The notes under the pieces: model-generated
What the model saw: only the letters and a program-made list of their open reading frames with translations
What the model was told of the DNA's origin: nothing
Databases searched by the model: none
Position numbers and translations under genes: made by a program
Shown: positions 13,834-28,478 of the stretch, piece by piece
How positions within the stretch are numbered: position 1 is the first letter of the stretch
Layout: each line of letters starts with the position of its first letter
From: the human T2T-CHM13v2.0 reference genome, Homo sapiens
NCBI RefSeq assembly: GCF_009914755.1
Contig: NC_060934.1
DNA: 64,000 bases
Strand: one strand, 5' to 3'

Positions 13834-14107
13834 TCATTTTTCAATGATTATAAACAAATTTACATACTCAAATGCGCTTATAGCAAATCTTAACATTCCA
13901 GAGACGAAGTGTTAATTTTTTCTAGGTTAAGTCATTTCCCTTGTATCTCCATGTCCCGACTAGACCTACGCTTAGCATCTAGTTTGTTCTCAATTTTGTA
14001 GTAATTAGTTTTTGTGTTAACCTTGGTCTAAAACTTCCCCTGCAATCCCTGTGTAATCATTTGAAATGTCTTCAAAAGGTTCATTGACTATGAAAGTGGT
14101 AACTGTG

Positions 14108-14608
14108 TGTGGTGATTAAAGACAGTCACACATTCTTTGGCCTCCTCCCAAGGCAGAGAGGGGGTCTTTGTCTTGTCCCTTTTAACTGGTGCAGGATCTT
14201 GTTTTGACAATAGACCACAGTAGGAGTGACACTGTGCCATTTTCCAGATGAGGCATTAACAAACTGTTAGCTTCCACTTCTGTCTTTTGGAACACTCTGC
14301 CTTAAAACCGAGCTGCCATGCTGTGAGGAAGCCCAAGGAACCCTTTGGAGAGACCCTAATGGAGTGGAAAGATGTCCCCTGGCTGAGTTTCCAGGCAACA
14401 GCCAGTACCATCTTACCAGTCATGTGGGTAAGCCATCTTGAAAACAGATCCTCCAGCCCCCGCTGAGCCTCTCTAGTTCACGCCTCATACAACTGCCACT
14501 GGCAAGTCCTGCCCAAAGTGAAGATTCATGACCAAAATAAAGATATGTTGGAGTTTTAGCCATAAAGTTTTAGGGTAGTTGGTAACACAGAAATAGGTAA
14601 GTAGAACA
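14108..14608 (+). mobile_element. MLT1 (MLT1H-like) MaLR solo LTR
   Basis: gctgccatgctgtgaggaagcccaag, gccatcttg...gatcctccagcccc, 3' end aagttttagggtagttggtaacacagaaatag...aca. Confidence 0.8.
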
Positions 14609-14806
14609 TTCTGGATGAATCTTTAGAAAACATTATAAAAACTCAGACCTGTGTTTGTCCTTCACACATGAGCCTTCTAGTAGAGAATACACTAACTACA
14701 CTTCAGCACCTCTAGGCCACATCCCATTGAATACCATGCGAGGCTCAGGCCCAATTACGCTTACTTGATAGCTGTGCAATAACAAACGAACATACAACAT
14801 ATTCTT

Positions 14807-14839
14807 CACTTGTTCTTGGCCAAAAGGCCAGGAGGTGAT
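14807..14839 (-). pseudogene. U2 snRNA 3'-truncated retropseudogene (U2 nt 1-33)
   Basis: Minus strand ATCACCTCCTGGCCTTTTGGCCAAGAACAAGTG versus U2 5' end ATCGCTTCTCGGCCTTTTGGCTAAGATCAAGTG; 19-bp TSD gaacatacaacatattctt (14788-14806) / gaatatacaacatactctt (14840-14858). Confidence 0.9.
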
Positions 14840-15646
14840 GAATATACAACATACTCTTGTAGAATTTCAGTGCTGATCTAAATTTCAGCTCCTCCCATGA
14901 TAATATTATAAAGTGCTTTGTATGTTGTCTAAAGATTTATTTATTTGTCTATTGTAGGTTAATTATTCACATTAGAAATGGAGTATTAGTTTAATAAATT
15001 CTTTTTTAAAAAAGACTGTGATAGCATCAATTAGATTCAAAATGAGAGGGCAGTTTTTTCTATACTAACATCATACGATTCTTCATCTAGTGCCAGTGAC
15101 AACTTCAATAGTACATAAAATAGTAGAGTTGCCAGTATTTTTCATAAAGCCACTCAAAAAGACAGTACAATTTCATTGGTTTCCATTTTTAAGGTGATAG
15201 AAGTCCAAACCCTCAATGTAATTTATGCAGTACAATTATGCAAAGCAGTGTTCAAGCCAAGTCACAAGGTCATTTTTATATAAAACACAAATATACATTC
15301 TAAATTTTCTCTGGGACAACTAAACATGTAAATGTTATTTAAAAGAGCGTGCAAAGATAATTCAAATACCTTGATTAAAATGCAGTTGTAGCATTTAAGA
15401 TAAATGGCTTCATCACATGAAAGATGTTCCCACAACAGACAAAAAGTTAATGCCTCTAATATTGTCATTGAAATAAGTAGATTGATGAATAGGTTGTGTT
15501 AAACGGTACAATTAGAAACAATATTTGATAATATATTTCAGAGATGGAGCTAAGAAAGTACATTCTGCATACTGGATAAATTTGCTTAAGTCTGGGTTAT
15601 ATGAGACCATCAGAATTCAACAGCACTCAAAAATGGTTATTATATG

Positions 15647-15946
<300 letters not shown>

Positions 15947-16849
15947 AAATGGTTATTATAACTCTCTATTTTGTTTGCTTTGGTAAGTTCTGGTCATACA
16001 GAGATACCAGGAAGATTTGTTATTTGGTTAAATTATTCCACGTCGATGCAAAAAAAATTCTGAAGGGTCTGAATTAGTTTTTCAAATACATGATCAAGTA
16101 TGGCAAAAATGCAGTGACATCTGCATATAGACGTTGAAAAAGCAACAACAGGAAAAACTGTAAAATGTTGTGACCCTTATAAAAGCTATTCCCCAGATAT
16201 TATCAGGCTGTTTTTGTGTGTTGCATGGAGTAGCACCATTTTCAATTACAGTTGCTTAGACAATACAATATATACTGTTCACAAATCACAGACATTTTAG
16301 AATTATTTGGGCAGAGAGTTCCAGATTTTTATTTTTTAACTGAAGTGTTCAGCTCTTCTGATCAACACGAAGGGCAAGTATGAATGTTTAAATTGAGAAG
16401 AGAAATCACTACTTTTCTGTTTCTCCTTAAAATAGAATATAGTTTTTAGTAGCAAAATAAGCATAACACAGGACACAATGTTATTGAGTTTAGGACTATG
16501 GATAAAGTATCTGGAATGACATTCAAAGTTAAGTTTGTACTCAACATATAAAGCAAATAAATTCTTCTGTTTCATGTAGTTGCTGGGACAGGCACCAAAA
16601 TACGCAAGATTTAAAAACATATATATAATTGAAAATATCACAATCTCATAATATGCACAAAAGTATTTTCTGACGAAAATGTTAGACTTACTAAGAAACC
16701 TGTTTTTTGACTTCCTTTAAATTGCTCTTTCACCTATTGAGAGATGCAAATAATTATTATCAGAGCGACAAAGAATAGGTGCATAGGGAGACAATACGTA
16801 ATATAAGTAATGAAGTAAAAGAAACCCAGGAGGGTCACAAGTCAGAACT

Positions 16850-17243
16850 CAGAAGTGTATCTGGTACCGATTCAGTATGGAAAGAAGACTAGTAGAAAAA
16901 CTGAAGTATATCTTAAGATTGAAATTTGAACTGTTGAAAAACTTATGATGTGGAACTATGTATGGAAGCCAGTATAGTCTCAGTTCTGAAAAAAGAATCT
17001 AATCACTGCATCAAACGTATTTCTAAAATTAGTAACAGTCATCCACAACACCTGTTTTCAAATGTTTGTTCATCAATATAACTTCAATATTTGAAGCCAT
17101 GGAGTTTGTAAGCACATGAACTTATACATTTGTTAAATGAAATGCTGTTTTAATACTTTCTAAAGGATGGAGTAGGGGAGATTTCACAAAAGATTTCATT
17201 TATAAAATTGGTTCCCTGCTAAATAAGTTTGAAAACCCACTGG
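16850..17243 (+). mobile_element. Possible ancient hAT DNA-transposon remnant (C-terminal region plus right end)
   Basis: Ends in aagtttgaaaacccactg, like hAT-Charlie termini; broken translation RFSM...L.../TVEKLMM loosely resembles the hAT dimerisation motif. Confidence 0.35.
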
Positions 17244-17506
17244 GCCAGAAAATTTTTCAAACAGTCGCTCTGCAGGACAGAATATGAAAGAAAATCCCAG
17301 CCATGCTTAATCATGCTCCACTGAGTTGAGGCCTAGTTACTTGCTCACAAGGCATAACTTTATTTTTTTTGTTTGTTTCCGTAGTTTCTCTGAATGAGTT
17401 CTTCCATTTTATGGAAAAGAAAATGCCATTCAGTTAAACATCCTGCATCGGTGAACATCCATCACTCAGTTCATCTCCCCTGCAGATGTGTTTCTCCACC
17501 GCTTTG

Positions 17507-17514
17507 TGACGTCA
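17507..17514. promoter_or_regulatory. Full palindromic CRE (TGACGTCA)
   Basis: Exact CREB/ATF consensus with its CpG retained, in non-repeat sequence. Confidence 0.4.
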
Positions 17515-19379
17515 AGCTGCATCAGGCGTTTGCCTTATCCACAAAGCACAAAACTTGGACCATCAGCCCAACTCAGGAAAGTTAATAGGAGCTGATTGAA
17601 CAACTGAGCTAACCGTGGGGCCTGTGGTCATTTTGAGAGGCCTCAGATCTCTGAATAAGTTGGCGGTCCCCTTCCTTTTGTAAGACCGAGTTCATAAGCA
17701 GCTTCCAATGGAGATAACAGGCAATCGCAGTGTCTATTGGCAGAGGTGTCCTGCATGGCTTCTTTTCCGCTATAGTGAATGTGTCTTGCAGATAATTTCA
17801 GTTTCTCTCACAGAGCTTTCAAACCAGATATCACCCCACTGAGACAGGAACACAGTGATTTTTTCACATGCTCCACCAGAAAATGCATAAGTCAACTGAA
17901 CCACATGGAGCCAAGCCTTGTGATTCTTCAACATGCTGTAAGATCTGCCTAGACGGATGAAGGCAATTCCCACACACTGGGATGAGCAGGAGGACAGGAA
18001 CCTCAGAAGGAAAGAAAATAATAATAATTCTGCCCTAATCACCAAGTAATGCTGACAGGTGACTGATAAATAGCAGCTTCCTTTATGGACCTCTTAACTT
18101 TTTGGCTGTGGACAAAATAAAGCCCTCTTTCTTGGGTCTGTTTTAGACCCACTCTCCCTTTCACAGAGCATTATCCACAGCATTGAAAACTTGTCAGTTC
18201 GTATTCCTTAAACCACTTTTCACTTCTTATGCCAATGCCGCCTCCTATGGGGGAATAATTGAAAGTCTGCAATGGAATGTAGTGATTAAACTCATCAAGA
18301 GCAGATGATAAGAAACACGACCTTCCACATAAAAGGGAGAAAAGCATGTTTGTCTCCAGACAAATTCATGCAAACCTCAAACAATTGCTCTCCTTCTCTT
18401 GTAAATGCTGTGTCTTTGCTTCTGCCCTGCAAGCTACCCAATGATCACTCCATTAGATGCTACATGGACTCTTGTTCAATCATTAACAGCCACAAGGTTT
18501 ACTTCACAGCTATCCACAACTCCTTGCAGAATTCCAATGCTCCAAAGAACTGGACAAGTTACCTCTTGCAAAACTGGAGACCAATGAGATGCCTAGAGAT
18601 TTGTCAGATAATACAAGAGAACAGACAGAATGTTTCACCTTCTCCTTACAATTCTCCTACTTATTTTTAACCTCCCCAAACACCAAAAGCCATTTGCTGT
18701 ATATGGGGGTTCTCTATCCCCAGGCTGTTTTACTGTATGCCATGGAGATCCTAAGTAAAGAACCAGCTAATTTGCCATACCTGGAATATTCTGGGTTATA
18801 AAACACTAGATCACAAGGTTGTCTATTTAAATATTGATATATCACAATTTTATATTTGTAAGGACTGGTGAAATAAGGAGATCTTTATTTCTAAAAGAAA
18901 AGAAAAGCCCACAAGTATGTTTACTGTTTTATCATTTTTTTAGTAATTTTTAACATCAGAAGCAGTTCCTCGAAGATAACATGTTCAAATGTGCCCAGAC
19001 AACAGGTAGAATCAACTGTTATTGCAGCAGATTTTTTTTCGTGAGTTCCTCCAAGACCTTGTCTAAGACTGAAACAGGGACATTTTTGCTTAGTTGCAAT
19101 TTCACGCTTTCCTTCCATTTTCCAAGTTGTGGTTTAGCCTCAAGGAATAGCCTTGGGTATCAATCCAGTCTCATCCCTCACACCCTCTTCCCATCTTTAT
19201 GGCTAGACATTTGAGATATGTCAGCAGAGGTTTGCAGAACTGCAGTGTAGTATAACAATTAAAAGCCAAAGTGCTGGAGTTGAACAGGCTTGAGGAAAAA
19301 AAATTCACACAGGGATGCTCACAGCTCATAGGATTTTTGGTGGGAATAATGGACATGATACATAAGTGTTTGATAATAA

Positions 19380-19635
19380 ATAATAATAGCTAGTATTCAT
19401 TTAGCTTTTATTATGCTAGCACTTTTTATATATTAACTTTTATTTTCACCATAGCTATGAGAAAGATATCATCATCCTCATTTTACAGGTGAAGATTGAG
19501 ACATGAAGAGGTTAAGGAACCTGCACAGAGAGGTGAAGTTACTTGTCCAGTGTCATAGAACTAGCTCATGGAACAATCAGAATTGGAACTAAGGTAATCT
19601 GCCTCTAGTGTCCACATGTTCCACCACTACTTTGT
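19380..19635. mobile_element. MIR
   Basis: catcctcattttacaggtgaagattgagacatgaagaggttaag...gaaggtgaagttacttgtcc-like core and gaattggaactaagg. Confidence 0.8.
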
Positions 19636-20909
19636 AAACAGAACCTGGTACAGAAGGACTGTTAACTCACTGTGACCCTTTTCCTCCATCACTTTCTTAA
19701 TCCTATAGTTCCCCACAGATACCATGGGATTTATCATCTTTATACTTTTATTTATAACATTGTGCATGTTTTGGCTAGCTCCTCTCTTTCCCCATTTCCT
19801 TAACTCTTACCAAATATGAAGGATGCATCCTAAGCTATGAACTCCACTAAGATGTCTGCACCTGTCTCTTCCAGGTTGAGTTGCTTGTTTCTCTTCTACA
19901 CCTCCTTAATGCCACTTCATGTCTTGGCCTCCTATTATCTGTCAATGTGTCCAATTTTCTCCCTTGGTGGAGTTCCTTAAGGTCGAGGAAACAGCATTCA
20001 ATTCCATATCCCTAGGGGCTTGTAGAGTACCTGGTACACAGTTGGTAGCTAATTAATGTTGAATAAATAAACAAATAGAAAGTCTGAACACTGCCCCTTG
20101 GCTTTTGGCAAGCTCCCTTCACAAAACTAAAATTCACCTGCCTTAAGTATGTTTGGAAGAGGTAGGGCAAGGGATCAAGCTACTAGGAAAAGTTGGGTAA
20201 TGTGGGTCACATTTAACCGAGTCCAGGTTTCACTGAAATTCAGCAAGAAACCTTGCAGAAGTTAAAATAAATGGCGTGGAAAGGTTTCAGATCTAGCCAG
20301 GAACTCCACTGAGCACTGAGATGGAACCTGACACCAAGCAGAAGGTAATCAGATCTGGGTTAACCTGGAGTCACACACAGATAGCCAGCAGGAGACTCAC
20401 TTTTTCTTTGAGTAGGCTAATAAGAGACCATTGTCCATTGTATTTTATTTCATTGCTGTTCTCTCCCTTCCTGCAGTATCAGTAGGATTAACATCAATAA
20501 TGGGGCTGTCTTTGTATTTACACATTGTAATTAAGCCTAGATGAAACCTAAAGAGCTCTTTAGGGATATTTATTAGCATCCAGAACCACCTCAGCTTGTA
20601 GGCTACCTTTGGCCAGTGGTTGGAAGACAGAATTAAATAAAACATCCACTGTGCAATGACACCATAAATTCCCTCCAGGACTCCTCCTGCCAGCGTGTCT
20701 GACCTCCTCATGCTACAAGGATACAGAACCAGGTTGTTGAAGATTTTGTTTCTAACAAGCTTATCATGGTTTAAAAGGTCTGTAAAAATGAGTCACCCAA
20801 GTGACTCTTGACTCTAGTTCCTGCTAATTTAGAATCTCTAGATTGCCACAGAGAAGGCCCACCCAGTTATTTCTGGCTACCCTTGGAGGGGGCTTAAAAA
20901 GAGAGAAAA

Positions 20910-21295
<386 letters not shown>

Positions 21296-21502
21296 TTAGT
21301 GTTGCAGGGCATCAGCCCTCTTGTGGGGGCCACTGTCCATTTTTGTGGATACTTTAGAGCTGTTAAAATGTTTCAAGGTGTCAAAAGTTTGCAAAGTTTT
21401 CTATGGCAAAATGAGAAACTAGGAATTGCCAAAATGCTTCTTTCCTCCTTTAGGTCACAGCCAAAATGGAACCGAATTCCCTTGCTTTCTGTTATGTTAT
21501 AG

Positions 21503-21680
21503 CAGCAGTTCTCAAAGTGCGGCCCTGGACCTACAGCATCTGCATAACCTGGGAATCTGTTAGAAATGCAAATTGTCTGGTCCAATACCAAAATTTAAAA
21601 ATGCTGGAGGTGGAACCCAGCAGTCTGTGTTTTAAAAAGCCCTCCAAATAACTCTGATGGACATTCACGTTTGAAGATAT
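21503..21680. mobile_element. MER5A (hAT-Charlie MITE)
   Basis: cagcagttctcaaagtg...cagcatc...acctgggaatctgttagaaatgcaaatt...cagcagtctgtgtttt...gccctcc. Confidence 0.88.
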
Positions 21681-22082
21681 TTTACAGAATTTCTAGAGAA
21701 AAAAAGTTTTACTTTTTTAAATTTACCTTTTCACCACATAAACTTATTGCATACAATTTGATGAGTTTGGATATGTACATATTCTTAAACCACATTCTTT
21801 TCTCCCTCTAAGGATGCTGATATGAATTCCTAAAGGAAGGAATAGCCAATTGTGGTTGGAATATGGTCAGGATCACCCTTCCCTTGCAACTACTAAGAGA
21901 ATATATTACTGAATCAATATCCCATGCTTAGGGTCAGGATGAATTCTTTGCAAGGAGGCTCCTCAGACCCTTGTGAACACTGACTTCTCTAGGGCAGCTA
22001 CAACCTTTCACCAGAGTATACCCTATATCTAAATCACCGGTAGAAACAGATTACGCTTAACCCTATGATTCCATGAAGGAAA

Positions 22083-22470
22083 TCATTCATTCAACGCATT
22101 CTACAAATATGTGTTGAGCACCTACTGTATACATAGTACTGTTCTTCCCTTGGGATATGTTAGCCAACAAAGCCAAGACCTCTGCTGTTGTGGAGAGATA
22201 GAAAATAGATGGGCCTTACTCAGTAAGTACATTGTATGGTATGTCAGAAGGTGACTTGTGTTATTGCCATCACACACACACACAAATAGAGCAGGGCAAG
22301 GAGGTTTAAAGTGATGTTCTTAGGTTTCATTCAGAAGGTGGTATTTGAGCAAAGAGTTGACAGAGATGAGGGAGTTAGGCATGCCAGTAACTGAGGGAAA
22401 AGTATTTAAGGCAGCGGGACAGTGAGTACAAAGGCTCAAAAGCAGAAACATCCCTGTCTTGGAGAGTGAC
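22083..22470 (-). mobile_element. L2 fragment
   Basis: tcattcattcaac...aaatatgtgttgagcacctactgt and aggtggtatttgagcaaagagttga...gggaaaagtatttaaggcagcgggacag. Confidence 0.75.
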
Positions 22471-22783
22471 AGTTCTGGAATCAAAATACTGAGAATTGAT
22501 GCTGTATATGAAAACAATATCCATAGTCACAAATAATTTCAAAATGGAAACTATAATAATACAATATCATGCAACACATGGCCTCCTGGCTCTCTCAATG
22601 ATCTATAGTCTTCAACAATGAGGACAGATGTTTTGCAAGGACTCTTTCCCCATTATCTCCTTGAGAACATTTGATGAATTAGAAGAGTTCATTTGTATAA
22701 TTTTGAATAAAGGTGACAGATTTGTAAAGATCTCAAAGAAGCAACTTTGGAATAGAAAATACCTAAGTCAAAATAGACTATTA

Positions 22784-22925
22784 ATATAAGAACTACATAT
22801 TGGGTATAATGTAAATGACTTGGATGATGGGGACACTAAAATCTCTGACTTTATCACTATACATTTCACCTGTGTAATCAAAAACCACTTATAACACAAA
22901 CCTATTGAAATAAAACAAATGTTTA
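22784..22925 (+). mobile_element. Short L1 (L1PB/L1MA-type) 3' end
   Basis: actacatattgggta...tgatggggacactaaaatctctgactttatcactat...aaaaccactt...tattgaaataaaa; 14-bp TSD aaaatagactatta (22770-22783 / 22926-22939). Confidence 0.85.
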
Positions 22926-23283
22926 AAAATAGACTATTAGCAATCAATTATAAATTAATAGGAAAAGACAATTGGCCGAGCAGGTTTAAGAATGTCATAA
23001 ATAATAAAAATTTGAGAGAGCTACACTACCAGATATGAATATTTTTAATAAATCTATAAGACAGTATGGAAGAATAGACAAATTGACAAACATGGAAGAA
23101 CATAGAACTCAGAAATTGGCTCACAAGACATACGTGCATAATATATGACAAAGGTTGCACTGTAGAATAGTCAGAAAAGATGGCTTTTTCTATAATGGCA
23201 CTGAGTCAACTGGATACGTCCATATGGGAAAACAGAAAATGAATCCTGACTGTTAAGTTACACTACACACAAAAATCAATTCA

Positions 23284-23451
<168 letters not shown>

Positions 23452-24562
23452 TCAATTATAGGTCGATTGTACATTTAAATGTGTAAGGCAACACAATGAG
23501 ATTTCTAGAAGATCATATAAAACAAAATCTTTGTGACCTTGGAGTAAACAAGGATTTCTTTAATAGGACACTTAAGCACTAACCATAAAAGCAAAAACAT
23601 GGTAAATTGACTATTTTAAAATTGGAAACCTCTACCCAACACAAGAAACCACTATCAGAGTGAAAAGGGAAGGTATCCAGTAGGAGAAGATATCTGCAAT
23701 CCATATAAGTAATAGATGACTCATACCATAAATATATAAAGAATCCTTCAATCAAAAGAAAAGATAGCCTAACAGAGAAAAAAGAGGGCGAACACAAGAA
23801 ATTCACAGGAGAGCTAAACAGCTAATAATCATTTTTGAAATGTTTAATTTCATTATTCTTTAGGAAAACACAAACGAAAATCACAGTGATATTCTGTACA
23901 TACTAATTAGACTAGCAAAGAATAGAAAGACATGAAAATATTGACTTGGTGAAATGTGGAGCCACTGGAACTCTCCTACATGGCTGATGGAACTGTAAAT
24001 TGCATTAACTACTTTGCAAAAGTGTTTGAGAGTTAACATTAAGCCATGCTTACTCTATAACCCAGAAATTCCACTTCTAGATGTAACTGACAAAAATGCA
24101 TATATTTGAGCCTAAAAGACATGCACAAATGTTTGTATCAGCACTATTTGTAGCAACTAAAAACTGGAAACAATTCACACACCCATAAACCATGAAACTG
24201 ATAAATTAACTCTGGAATATTTATACAATAGAAATTATAAAGCAATGAAATGAGCAAACTACCGCTACACGAAATAACCAATATAAATAAATCTCAGAAT
24301 CACAAGTCTGTGCAAACAAAACAAAAAACAGACACAAAATAATAGTGTGTATAATTCTATTTACAAATGGAACAAAAACAGGCAACAACAATCTACGGAG
24401 TTGAAGTCAGGAGTATAGTTAGCTTTGACAGAAAAGGCAATGATGGGGTTCAGGATTCACTACTCCAAAATATAGTACCATGACATTTGAGGAAACAACA
24501 AAAGCAGGAACTCACTCTCTGATCTTCTATTGCCTTCTTCCCCAAAGCAGACCACAGAATAA

Positions 24563-24920
<358 letters not shown>

Positions 24921-25066
24921 TGAAGCAGCTCATAAGACTCTCATGAGACAGGTGCCCACCCTACACCCAGAGGAAATGAATGTCCTTATCTCTAAAGACA
25001 CAGTGGCACAGAGAAGAATCTGAATAAACTGGTCTTGCTAAGTTCCCCCTAGTTGATTTTCATTAG

Positions 25067-25415
<349 letters not shown>

Positions 25416-25869
25416 AACTCTCCACTCTTTATTAAACCTAAGCATAAAAAATACAAAGGGTTCCCTGTTTCTCTGAGTTTTCATTGCTGAAGGCTCCTAT
25501 GTCATATAAAACTTATATTAAGCTTGTATGCTTTTCTTTTGTTAATCAATTTTTTTGTTATAAGTGCCTCAGCCATGAACCTAGCAATAGGTAAAGAAGG
25601 AAAAAAATTAAAAAAAAAAACAACTTTCCTCTCCAACAGCAGGCAGCAGGACAAAATTTTCTGGAGCTCTAGGAATGTTCTGCCTCTTGATAGGGGTGAT
25701 GGTTTTATAGAAATGTTTCTTTTATAATAACTTTTTGAACAGTGACTTCATGATTTGTGCACTTTTCTGTATGTACGTTACACTTTAATAAGAAAGAACG
25801 TTTTTAAAACTGAAAGAAAAATAATCTAGGCTTTTAACAGTACCGTTTGGTGGAAGCAACACTAAACCA

Positions 25870-26065
25870 AATAACTTGAAGTTCCAGCTTCTAGGCTCAG
25901 CTCTGCTATTCAATAGCTATACAATTTTAGGTAACTCACTTTAACAATCTGAGCCTTGTTTTTTTGCATCTGTGAAGAGGATCCCAGCTCATATCTCAGC
26001 TGTAAATATTAAATGAGATTACACTTGTGAACTGTTTTGTAAACTCCTAAGCATCACATAAATAT
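25870..26065. mobile_element. MIR
   Basis: gctctgctatt...aggtaactcactttaacaatctgagccttgttt...catctgtgaa...attaaatgagat. Confidence 0.7.
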
Positions 26066-28160
26066 ATGATGCAGACTAGTGGGTAAACTGTATTTGTAGA
26101 TTGTAGATCTAGCCTGTAGCCATTATATATGGCCTGTATTTTTTAAAAAATAAACATTTTTGAAAAATCAGATGTCATAAACATTGCTTTTCAAGTTACT
26201 ATTAAATATTAGACGATCATGCAGTCCTTGGCTCAAATTCCTGATGACAACAGCTGAGTAAAGGTTGAGTAGTGTCTGTTTTTCAATGGACCATGTACTC
26301 TGGCTCAGCATAGTCCCTATCATTCATTTTTATTGACAGAATGACTACCACAGAAATATGAGTTGGGAATCCACAGAAAATGTTATTGCTAGGATTTTTA
26401 AAAGCTCGTCTAAATTAGAAAGCTCAATCAGATTGCAAAGTTCCAGACTGAACTTTTAGTTCAGGATCTGCTGAGAAAGAGAGAGCTCATTCACTCTGCC
26501 ATTTCTTTCCTGTGATGCATAGTTCAGTCTCTGCAGGCTCCTTCTAGCAGGCAACCCATTTAATGCCCTAACCGTCCAAGCAGGGGAAATGCCATTCAAT
26601 CAAAATGTATAACTATAATTTCAGAAATGCCAAAGGCATGCTCAGATGGGCTGTACATTTATTTCCAACAGCAGGTATCTGTCAGACGTGCACTTCGTGA
26701 GGTGTGCTGTACTGAGCCCATTGGGGCATGACTATCTCTGTCCTTTTGAAACTTACAATCTACTTAGGGAGGCAGCTACTGCAGAGAAGTCTGTTGGATA
26801 GACAAGGAAAGTAAATGCCAGAGCAAGAGCTGCAAACAGAGTGAGTGCTCTGGGGCCCCAAGGAAGGAACAATCACTGTGAACTACAGAAAATCTGACAA
26901 GGAGTTTTAGAAGCAATGAAATCATTAAACATATGGACCTAAAATTCAATGAGCCAAGGCCATCCCACTCCTTCTTCCTAGGCAGTGACCATGAAAGGCA
27001 ATGACCTCTGAGATGAAGTCAATTTGGGATAAGTGCTTTTACCTCAAATTATCCAAGTCACTGTGCCCAGACAAGAATGATAAAAACAAGATATGAATAG
27101 GACTAATGTCTTTACCTTTTATGCTAACCAAATGCACAGCCTCTAATCTTAGGACTTCACTAATGGCCTTAAAATAAAAATGTTCCTTTCTTTAGAATTG
27201 CATGTAGTAAATAGACTGCAGTACAGAATCAGAACAAACTCAAAATGAGTAGGCCTGTAGAATTCTGTTCAAATCTGATACCCAAAAGTGTTATCTGGAA
27301 TATCTGTCCTCTTCAGCCCTTGGGGAAGGAGGAAGAGGGAATGCTGGCATCCATAAGTTTGAAGAATTTAACTTTTGTTCGTATAGATGTTAGCAAACTA
27401 AAGACACAGAACAAAGCTTTAGGGAGAAAATCTGCTTGATTTAGCATTTATAGCTGTTTTTGTGGTTAAACATAATCTATTAACAGTGATCAATATGCCT
27501 CAAAAGATGCTTTCAGGGAATTCTGTTTGGTGATTTATTGTTTGAACCCAAGCCCTCATGCAGTGTGGGAAAATAAATGGGCTGAATTTGTGTGTCCTGT
27601 TTTTCTTCCTGTTATAGCTTTCCCTACTCATCAAGAAACAGACCTTTCTAAAGAATTTTGGAGGCTATGAAAAATTTCAGACTTGATTGGGTGGTTTATT
27701 CAGAGGATGTTATTTTAAGGAATTTTGGACAACACAGAGCAGCAATCCCTAAACTTTCTAAGCAAAATATTTTTTTTCTACAGCACTAAATTCTCAACTT
27801 AATCAACTTCACTTTTCCTGTCTCTATATACATTGTACACGCTTTTATTTATAGATATAGAGCATTCATTTGGGTAATTAAACTTTCTCCACTTTTTTTT
27901 TAATAAAGAAGGAAACAATTTTAAAAAGGGAGAAAGTCTTGCTATTTATTGAATGTCTATTGTATTCCTGATATTTTGCATACAAAGAGACAGGCATAGG
28001 GTTTGGGTGCACACATGAATACACTGCATGAAGCAACAGACTTGCATTTGGGATCATACTATAAATGCAAACTGTGTGTGTGTCCCTACAGTAGTTACAC
28101 CTGGGAAGGAAGACCGGCTATGTGGAAAAACTGTTCGTGAATTTAAGAATATGCATATTT

Positions 28161-28478
<318 letters not shown>

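Noticed and set aside
18305-18670. 121-aa plus-strand ORF
   Set aside because: No homology recognised; length is within chance expectation for 64 kb in six frames
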